Virus record (IMG/VR): IMGVR_UViG_3300020440_000076
Coordinates: 1-25,672 of that record
Source: a virus
Taxonomy: Duplodnaviria; Caudoviricetes
Reading direction: 5' to 3' (one strand)
DNA: 25,672 bases
Below the pieces are notes generated by a model. The model did no database searches, was not told the origin of the DNA, and saw only the letters and a list, made by a program, of their open reading frames with translations. The position numbers were made by a program, and so were the translations under genes. How positions within the stretch are numbered: the first letter of the stretch is position 1; each line of letters begins with the position of its first letter. Positions 16,851 to 23,767 of this stretch are shown here, in pieces.

Positions 16851-18986
16851 ATGGCAATAGGACGAATATCAGGACAGATGCTCAAAGCCAATCTTGAGAG
16901 ATCAGGAACGGATTTAGCATTTGAAACGAACCTCTTGGCGTTAGACGTAACGAATTCAAGAGTAGGTATTGGAACTGCTAGTCCGGCCGTAAAACTTCAC
17001 ATCTCTGCAACAGACAGTTTGAGACTTCCTTCGGGAACGACGGCTCAAAGACCTGGTTCACCAGCAAACGGTGACATCAGATACAATTCTACTTTAAGTA
17101 GGATTGAGGGTTACACTGGCGGAGCATATGCAAGTTTGGCGGGCGACGGTATTGACAATATGGTAGAAGATACTACACCCCAACTAGGCGGTAACTTAGA
17201 TATTAACGGATTCGACATTGTATCCGCGAGATCTAATGAAAACATATCAATCACACCAAACGGTACAGGTGAGGTTGTTCTATCAAAAGTAAACATCGGT
17301 GGTGGTGAGATGGATGGCACAATAATTGGTGCTAACTCAGCCGCGGCTGGTACGTTTACAAACTTAACTGCAAATGGTACAATAGACATTGACTCATCTG
17401 GTAACATGGATGGAATCATAATCGGTGCCAACACAGCGGCGGCGGGAACGTTTACAACTGTAACAACTTCCGGCAACGTTGTTGTTGGAGGTAACTTCAC
17501 AGTTAACGGAACAACTACAACGGTTGACAGTGCAACATTAACAGTTGAAGATCCGCTAATTCAATTAGCGAAGAATAACTCAGGTGGAGCGGCGAATGCC
17601 TTTGACCAAGGTCTATTCTTTAACAGAGGATCTTTAGCAAACGTATCATTCTTATGGGACGAGTCAGCAGACGAATTTGTGTTTGCAACTACGGCTTCTG
17701 AGGATGGAACGACAGCAGGTAACGTAACAATCGATTCCTACGCTGACATCCAGGCAAAAGATGCTACATTTAACAAAGTGTCTACACAAGGTGTAGCCAT
17801 TGAGGATAACAAAGTAGTATCATCTAGATCAAATGACAATTTGGTTTTAGATGCGGCTGGTACAGGTGTAGTAGAAGCAATCGGTACGTTCAAGTCAGAC
17901 ACAGTCGACATTAATGGTGGTGCTATTGACAATGCTACGGTTGGTGCAACTACGGCTTCTAGTGGTAAATTTACTACATTAGAAACTAGTAGCACATTAA
18001 AAGTTAAAGCCGACAGTACTAACTTCGCAGTTGGTGCCGGTGATGACTTTACAATCGCACACGATGGTGCAAACACTGCCATTGCTAACGCAACTGGTAA
18101 CTTAACTATAACAACTGCGGCTTCAAGTTCAGTTGTATTCAACGAAGCATCTGCTGATGTTGACTTTAGAGTAGAATCAAACGGTAACACACACGGTTTA
18201 TTCGTAGACGCGGGTAACGACAGAGTTGGTGTAATGACAAGTTCACCAAGTTTTGCGTTAGATGCCTCTGGATCAACTGATGCGTTAAGAGTACCGGTAG
18301 GTAACACTGCTCAAAGACCAACAGCGGCAACTGGTATCATCAGATTCAACTCTCAAACTTCTAAGTATGAGGCTTGTAATGATGGATCAACTTACGTTGA
18401 ATTAGCGATTGCTGGTGACACACCAACAATTTCTAAAGTATCATCAACTGGTGACGGTTCAACAACAACAATCACAGGATTCTTTAGTTCAGCACCTGAA
18501 AATGCTAACAATGTCCTTGTGTTTATTGACAACGTTTACCAAGAACCAACAGAAAACTACACAGTATCAGGAACAAACATTACATTTACTTCTGCTCCAC
18601 ACAGTGGTGCAAGAATATTTGCAATGACTGGTTTTGATAACACTGCACTAGCGACAGGTGGTGTTGCAAGAACTCAAACAAGTTCAGTCTCGTTTGAATC
18701 AACTGCAACTAACATCATGACGTTTAATGCGGCATCTTACAGATCAGCAGAGTTATTGATCACAATAACTGATTCTGCTAACTCAGAATACTCTGTAATG
18801 AAGTCACTGGTTTTACACAACGGTTCAACTGCATTTGGAACAGTGTACGGTGTAACTAACTCAGGATCATCTGATCTTGCTACAATTACATTCAACCACG
18901 ACGGTTCAAGCACAGTCGAAGTAAAAGCAACTAGTACAGGTGGATCTTCATCTGCTAAAGTACAGTACTCTTTACAAGGCGTGTAA
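16851..18986 (+). CDS. Modular virion fibre protein (711 aa)
   Basis: Shared N-terminal module, two P-G-TAQRP...G.IR[YF]N modules, EDTTPQLGGNLD, repeats of MDG.IIGAN.AAAGTFT, VFNEASADVDFRVES and a C-terminal YRSA...HNGSTA domain. Confidence 0.75.
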   Translation: MAIGRISGQMLKANLERSGTDLAFETNLLALDVTNSRVGIGTASPAVKLHISATDSLRLPSGTTAQRPGSPANGDIRYNSTLSRIEGYTGGAYASLAGDGIDNMVEDTTPQLGGNLDINGFDIVSARSNENISITPNGTGEVVLSKVNIGGGEMDGTIIGANSAAAGTFTNLTANGTIDIDSSGNMDGIIIGANTAAAGTFTTVTTSGNVVVGGNFTVNGTTTTVDSATLTVEDPLIQLAKNNSGGAANAFDQGLFFNRGSLANVSFLWDESADEFVFATTASEDGTTAGNVTIDSYADIQAKDATFNKVSTQGVAIEDNKVVSSRSNDNLVLDAAGTGVVEAIGTFKSDTVDINGGAIDNATVGATTASSGKFTTLETSSTLKVKADSTNFAVGAGDDFTIAHDGANTAIANATGNLTITTAASSSVVFNEASADVDFRVESNGNTHGLFVDAGNDRVGVMTSSPSFALDASGSTDALRVPVGNTAQRPTAATGIIRFNSQTSKYEACNDGSTYVELAIAGDTPTISKVSSTGDGSTTTITGFFSSAPENANNVLVFIDNVYQEPTENYTVSGTNITFTSAPHSGARIFAMTGFDNTALATGGVARTQTSSVSFESTATNIMTFNAASYRSAELLITITDSANSEYSVMKSLVLHNGSTAFGTVYGVTNSGSSDLATITFNHDGSSTVEVKATSTGGSSSAKVQYSLQGV

Positions 18987-19005
18987 TAGCATAACATAGA
19001 ATATT

Positions 19006-19039
19006 AAAAGGCCCTGTAGAAATATAGGGCCTTTTTTTT
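19006..19039 (+). terminator. Intrinsic terminator
   Basis: AAAAGGCCCTGTA-gaaa-TATAGGGCC-T8. Confidence 0.9.
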
Positions 19040-19084
19040 ACGGCGGAATTATTAAACTACAACACATTAATAGCGAAATCTTGG

Positions 19085-19112
19085 TAAATAATACGTTAAA
19101 CAATAGTTTAAC
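19085..19112 (+). promoter_or_regulatory. Late promoter TAAATA plus 5' leader hairpin
   Basis: GGTAAATA, then GTTAAAC-aata-GTTTAAC (19095-19112); SD AAGGGAG before ATG 19144. Confidence 0.6.
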
Positions 19113-19143
19113 ATTAACAATCAACCATAAGGGAGAGTGAACT

Positions 19144-20157
19144 ATGGCGGCGAGAAACTTTAGAGTCAATAACGGATTATCAGTAGGTGATGTAGCAATC
19201 ACGGCGTCTTCAAACGCAGTGACTGGGATATCAAGTTTAACACTTGATAACTCAAGTGCACCAGGTAGTGATGCAGTTTTGGCTAACAAGAAATACGTTG
19301 ACGACCAATTGACAGCAAAAACTTCAATTGTGTCAGGTTCAAACAATGTAACTGTAGGTGCTTCATCTGTGACATTAGACATAGGTGGAACTGATCAGTT
19401 AATAGCGACTAATGGTCTTGTAAGAATAACAGGAAACTTAACAGTTGACGGAACTAGAACAGAGTTGAATACAACTACATTATCAGTTGAAGACAACATG
19501 ATCGAAGTTAACAGAAACGTGTCAAGTGCGGCAGGTATGCCATCTTTTTCTGGCTTAAAAGCCAACAGAGGTGCAACATCAAGTGCCACAGAAGAAGATC
19601 TTTTCTGGGTTTGGGATGAAACATTCGCAGACGACGGAACATCAACTTTTGGTAACGCAAGTGGTGCCTGGACTGCTTACAGATCAGACGACGACTTATC
19701 AAACAAAGACCTTGTAGATATCAGAGCAAATGTGGTACACGCACAGGCAACATCGGCGGCATACGCGGACGTTGGCGAGCGTTTCGAAGCAGACGCTCCT
19801 ATGTCAGAAGGTGCTGTTGTTACACTAGGCGGTGCGGCAGAAATCACAGAATCAACAACTGATTTATCAGACACGATTTTTGGTGTTATTTCTACTCAAC
19901 CAGCATACAGAATGAATGCACTAGCAGGTAACGACGAGTCACACCCATTTGTTGCAATGACAGGAAGAACTCCTGTAAGAGTAACAGGTGCAGTAAGCAA
20001 AGGTCAAAGATTAGTATCATCTTCAATTAAAGGTACTGCGAGAGCAGTAGCAGAGGGTGAGTCAATCAATCCATTCCACGTAGTTGGAAGAGCATTAGAA
20101 GACAAGACAGATGCAGGAATTGGTTTAGTATTAGCAGTTGTTAGAACAAACAACTAA
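19144..20157 (+). CDS. Fibre protein with C-terminal intramolecular-chaperone-like (peptidase G2-like) domain
   Basis: ANKKYVDD and GNLTVDGTRTELNTTTLSVED modules; C-terminus SAAYADVGERFEAD...GVISTQPAYRMN...VAMTGRTPVRV...VGRALEDK. Confidence 0.7.
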   Translation: MAARNFRVNNGLSVGDVAITASSNAVTGISSLTLDNSSAPGSDAVLANKKYVDDQLTAKTSIVSGSNNVTVGASSVTLDIGGTDQLIATNGLVRITGNLTVDGTRTELNTTTLSVEDNMIEVNRNVSSAAGMPSFSGLKANRGATSSATEEDLFWVWDETFADDGTSTFGNASGAWTAYRSDDDLSNKDLVDIRANVVHAQATSAAYADVGERFEADAPMSEGAVVTLGGAAEITESTTDLSDTIFGVISTQPAYRMNALAGNDESHPFVAMTGRTPVRVTGAVSKGQRLVSSSIKGTARAVAEGESINPFHVVGRALEDKTDAGIGLVLAVVRTNN

Positions 20158-20177
20158 GATATTACATCTTTAGAATT

Positions 20178-20213
20178 AAACGGGTTTGCAGGAATGTAGA
20201 CCCGTTTTTTTTT
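20178..20213 (+). terminator. Intrinsic terminator
   Basis: AAACGGGTTTGCA-ggaa-TGTAGACCCG-T9. Confidence 0.9.
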
Positions 20214-20219
20214 ACGATT

Positions 20220-20227
20220 TATAAATA
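20220..20227 (+). promoter_or_regulatory. Perfect T4 late promoter TATAAATA
   Basis: TATAAATA 6 nt before the riboswitch P1 strand. Confidence 0.7.
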
Positions 20228-20233
20228 CTTTTA

Positions 20234-20293
20234 CGTTCATCCACAGGACGGAAGTAGGGCAACCGAAGGAACGCACCAACAGGAGAGGTGCGT
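20234..20293 (+). ncRNA. Glutamine-I riboswitch (glnA RNA motif) with translational expression platform
   Basis: CGTTC-A-TCC-aca-GGA-CGGAAGTA-GG-gcaa-CC-GAAG-GAACG-CACC. P1 is CGTTC 20234-20238/GAACG 20269-20273, with a short P2, E-loop GGAAGTA/GAA and P3 capped by GNRA. Matches the glnA-motif consensus as I recall it. Alternative helix ACGCACC 20271-20277/GGTGCGT 20287-20293. Confidence 0.82.
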
Positions 20294-20525
20294 GAAAAAA
20301 CTTATAAAAGAAAATAGGTACAAATATCTTCACCTAAGGGTATTCAAAGGCGAGGATGATTTTGATTTGGTATTGACATCCTACGACTGGCCATATTTTA
20401 GAGTGCAGTTTAAAAATTTAGACCAGATAGAACTAGATGATTTATACCTATTGTGGCGTAATAGGGCATGGATATTGCAGTGGTTACCACCACAATGGGC
20501 ACACTATCTAGTTATTGGCACATAA
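20292..20525 (+). CDS. Riboswitch-controlled hypothetical protein (77 aa, GTG start)
   Basis: SD AGGAGAGG 20281-20288. The ORF exactly fills the space between the riboswitch and the next TAAATA box; aromatic (Trp/Tyr)-rich, no recognised domain. Confidence 0.7.
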   Translation: MKKLIKENRYKYLHLRVFKGEDDFDLVLTSYDWPYFRVQFKNLDQIELDDLYLLWRNRAWILQWLPPQWAHYLVIGT

Positions 20526-20531
20526 TAAACA

Positions 20532-20537
20532 TAAATA
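20532..20537 (+). promoter_or_regulatory. Late promoter box TAAATA
   Basis: CATAAATAC immediately after the 77-aa ORF. Confidence 0.6.
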
Positions 20538-20538
20538 C

Positions 20539-20599
20539 TGTTACTGCTGTCGGCCGGCAATGATAACGAGGCCGTGTATGGTGTATTGCCGTACTAACA
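20539..20599 (+). ncRNA. Candidate structured 5' leader RNA (three-way junction with loop-loop complementarity), family unknown
   Basis: TGTTA 20539-20543/TAACA 20595-20599, CGGCC 20551-20555/GGCCG 20570-20574 and GTATGG 20576-20581/CCGTAC 20589-20594. CGGCAAT 20555-20561 is complementary to ATTGCCG 20585-20591. Confidence 0.5.
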
Positions 20600-20623
20600 T
20601 TATTATATGAGAGGAACCTAAGT

Positions 20624-23311
20624 ATGGCCATAGGTCGTATATCAGGGTCGGTATTAAAGTCCAATCTGACTAGGAATGGCGTCGACCTTGCATTTGAAAC
20701 AAACCTACTTTATCTTGACGTAACAAACAGTCGTGTGGGTATAGGTATCTCAGAACCAACAACAGCATTACAAGTAAACGGAACAATAACAGCAACAACA
20801 CTTGCTGGTACCTCTATTGCTGGAGGCACTGTAACAGATAATCTTAAATTTAATGACAGTATTGAATTGAGATTGGGTACTGATGCAGACACAAATATTA
20901 AACACACTGGAACTAATCTTAACATCAACGAGACAACCGGCGATATAAACATTAGAACTTATGCTGACAACAAAGACGTAGTCATAGGTTCAGATGATGG
21001 CAGTGGTGGTCTAGCCGATTATCTAAGGGCAGACGGTTCTACTGGTGAGTTAAAATTATATTATTATGGCTCAGAAAAATTAAAAACAATCAATACAGGG
21101 GTGCAAACCACAGGCACAATTAGTGTCAACGGTGCTTACACACTTCCAACAGCAGATGGTAGTGCCAATCAAGTTTTACAAACAGATGGATCTGGAAGTA
21201 TTAGTTTTGGCACTGTGTCTATTGATAGTTTAGCAACAGGTGGCATAACAATAGATGACAATAAGATAACAGGACAAAGGTCAAATGAAAACATTGAAAT
21301 TGGTGCCAGCGGTAGCGGAATAATAGAAACAAGTTCGAGTATTCTTCCAGCAACTGATAATGCAGTTGACCTTGGTTCATCTAGTAAAAGGTTTAAAGAT
21401 ATATATGCATCCTCAGGCACAATTCACGTTGGTGATCAAACAATCAAATCAACAGCGTCTGGATTTGTCTTTTCTGGAGCATTATCAAGCACTGCCAGTA
21501 CCACAATATCAGATGACACCACAGCATCTTTGATACAAAAGACAGGTATAGGTAGTACGGAAGAAAAAACCATAGAATCAAATTCCACTGCACAATATGA
21601 TTCCGCACTGTATTACATAACATCTCGAGACGAAATCAATGATCAAGTGGCGGTACAAAAAGTTTCAGTAATCCATAACAACTCAAACGGATATGCTTCC
21701 ACATCTCACGTGACTAAGACAGGAACCACAACAGGACAAACTTTCAACGGTGATGTATCAGGAGGCTCAGTTAGACTTAGAGCAACTGGACATTCTGCTT
21801 CTAACAGTGTAACTGCATATTCGATACAATTAGGAGATAACAGCAGTGTAGGTACAAGTGGAAATACAGCAATAGTAATCAATTCTGATGTAGACAGCAG
21901 TTCAGAAAGTTTAGATACTTGGGCACACGCATCTTATAGAGGAGCGAAATATTTTATTTCTGTGAATGATGAAGTAGACGATGAATTAGAATCAATAGAA
22001 TGTTTGGTTGTACACGATGGTACAACAGCATACATCACAGACTATAATAGTGTAAGAACAGGAAGCAACAGTTTAATCACACTAACAGCCACCTTAGGTG
22101 GAAGCAATGTCACATTGTCAGGATCGGGTGCTAGGGCAAACCTAAATGTAAAAATGCACAGAATCTTGTTAAGTGATTCCGAGACAGGATTTGAGGCAAC
22201 AAATCAAAAGATTATTCCCGCAACAACAGTTTCTTCGACAGCCACTACAATTGATCAGTTTGACGCTTCAGCGATACATGGTGCTTTCTATTACGTTGTA
22301 GGAACAAGTTCTAATGAAAGCAATGCATCAAGTATTACTGAACTCGCAGTGGCCACTGACGGAACTGATGCTTATATCACAACAGGTCCAATGGTATCTA
22401 CCAAAGGCACAGATCAGTTAACTTTTACTGCTACAATATCAGGAAGTACTGTGACTATACAGGCCTCATCTACCAGCGGGTCTTCGACAACTGTCAATGC
22501 TTACAGAATAAACATGAAAAGGGAGGAAAGTGTCTCAGCCGCAAGTACAGTTAACATTGGTGGTACTCAAACAATTACAGGCGCAAAAACATTCTCTTCA
22601 AATGCTACATTCCAAGGAAGTGTTTTCACAGATGCAATAAAATCAGCGGCATCAAACCAGAGCATCACACTAGATCCAGAAGGCACTGGTACAGTGGATA
22701 TTATTGGCTCACAAACAATTACAAATGTAACAACACAAGATTCACTTACAATAACAACAACAGAAGATTCGAGTACAGCAGGCCCGGTATTTACATTGAA
22801 GAGAAACAGTTCAAGTCCGGCAGATGCGGATTACCTAGGACAGATCAAATTCAAAGGTGAGAATGATGCTGACCAAGAAGTGCTTTATGCAAAAATTACA
22901 GGTAAGATACTAGATGCATCAGATGGTTCTGAAGATGGTATAATAGAGATAGCACACAGGAAGGCAGGATCAAATGTGATCACTGCAAGGTTTAGATCTG
23001 ACTCGTTACAATTATTAAACGATACAAACTTAAGAGTCAGCGGAGTGACAGAACTAGGTGTGCAGACAGGTGATCCATCAACAACTGCCAACTTTGCAAA
23101 AATATATGCCAAGGACGAATCCGCAAGTGCTGAAGTTTATGTTCAAGATGAAGCGGGTAACGTTACTAAGATATCTCCTCACAACGAACAAGGCGAGTGG
23201 GAATACTATTCAAGAAATACAAAAACAGGTAAGACTGTACGTGTCAATATGGAAGAGATGATTAGAGATATTGAAAAACTTACAGGTAAATCCTATATTA
23301 AAAACGACTAA
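20624..23311 (+). CDS. Modular virion fibre protein (895 aa) with three ~113-aa internal repeats
   Basis: Shared N-terminal module; YTLPTADGSANQVLQTDGSG; repeats YDSALYYI/YRGAKYFI/IHGAFYYV...HDGTTAY; SPADADYLGQIKFKGEND; distinct charged C-terminal domain. Confidence 0.75.
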   Translation: MAIGRISGSVLKSNLTRNGVDLAFETNLLYLDVTNSRVGIGISEPTTALQVNGTITATTLAGTSIAGGTVTDNLKFNDSIELRLGTDADTNIKHTGTNLNINETTGDINIRTYADNKDVVIGSDDGSGGLADYLRADGSTGELKLYYYGSEKLKTINTGVQTTGTISVNGAYTLPTADGSANQVLQTDGSGSISFGTVSIDSLATGGITIDDNKITGQRSNENIEIGASGSGIIETSSSILPATDNAVDLGSSSKRFKDIYASSGTIHVGDQTIKSTASGFVFSGALSSTASTTISDDTTASLIQKTGIGSTEEKTIESNSTAQYDSALYYITSRDEINDQVAVQKVSVIHNNSNGYASTSHVTKTGTTTGQTFNGDVSGGSVRLRATGHSASNSVTAYSIQLGDNSSVGTSGNTAIVINSDVDSSSESLDTWAHASYRGAKYFISVNDEVDDELESIECLVVHDGTTAYITDYNSVRTGSNSLITLTATLGGSNVTLSGSGARANLNVKMHRILLSDSETGFEATNQKIIPATTVSSTATTIDQFDASAIHGAFYYVVGTSSNESNASSITELAVATDGTDAYITTGPMVSTKGTDQLTFTATISGSTVTIQASSTSGSSTTVNAYRINMKREESVSAASTVNIGGTQTITGAKTFSSNATFQGSVFTDAIKSAASNQSITLDPEGTGTVDIIGSQTITNVTTQDSLTITTTEDSSTAGPVFTLKRNSSSPADADYLGQIKFKGENDADQEVLYAKITGKILDASDGSEDGIIEIAHRKAGSNVITARFRSDSLQLLNDTNLRVSGVTELGVQTGDPSTTANFAKIYAKDESASAEVYVQDEAGNVTKISPHNEQGEWEYYSRNTKTGKTVRVNMEEMIRDIEKLTGKSYIKND

Positions 23312-23736
23312 ACTATTAAATCTAAAATAGTTTGTAACTTACCCTTTATACTTTTATTGTTTAAAGTATTTTTCAAGCCTGCGTGTAAAGGCTTTGGCCA
23401 AGATTCAAAGTCGCACCAACAATAACCTGAATGTTCTTCATTTAGTTTTGGAATAAATTCATTTTCAACACAGATACAATAGGTGTTAAAAATAAATTTC
23501 TGATCATTGGATGTAAAAAGTTCTAAGGGTATAGTCTTTTTAAAACTGGGTGTTGTACCGACTTCTTCTGATATTTCTCTTTTCAAACCTTCAAAAGCAG
23601 ATTCCGTGTATCTTGCCTTACCACCCACAAGACCCCACATACCAGCAGTTTTCCTGTCGGTCCTTTGCAGAAACATAAACCTTTTGGTGCTTGTTGCATA
23701 AAACAATGCACCAGAACATATTATATTTTTATCCAT
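23308..23736 (-). CDS. Nudix hydrolase
   Basis: Nudix box G-KARYT-E-SAFEGLK-RE-IS-EE-VG fits GX5EX7REUXEEXG; also LNEEHSGYCW. Confidence 0.92.
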   Translation of the reverse strand: MDKNIICSGALFYATSTKRFMFLQRTDRKTAGMWGLVGGKARYTESAFEGLKREISEEVGTTPSFKKTIPLELFTSNDQKFIFNTYCICVENEFIPKLNEEHSGYCWCDFESWPKPLHAGLKNTLNNKSIKGKLQTILDLIV

Positions 23737-23767
23737 TCTATTAATATAACACTTTTAGTTGTTAAAA

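Noticed and set aside
20539-20599. Hammerhead ribozyme (CTGCTGT resembles CUGAUGA in a three-way junction)
   Set aside because: Two core mismatches and no GAAA after stem II; kept only as an unknown structured leader.
11149-20758. Diversity-generating retroelement or invertible fibre cassette
   Set aside because: The repeated fibre modules differ at synonymous sites of all bases rather than only adenines, and there are no near-identical DNA repeats, reverse transcriptase or recombinase in the window.
3255-23112. Many long minus-strand ORFs opposite the structural genes (e.g. 3255-3911, 5839-6303, 12978-13511, 17738-18307)
   Set aside because: They are antisense shadows of strongly biased codon usage, with no SD or promoter, low-complexity S/V/P/L translations and full overlap with well-supported genes.
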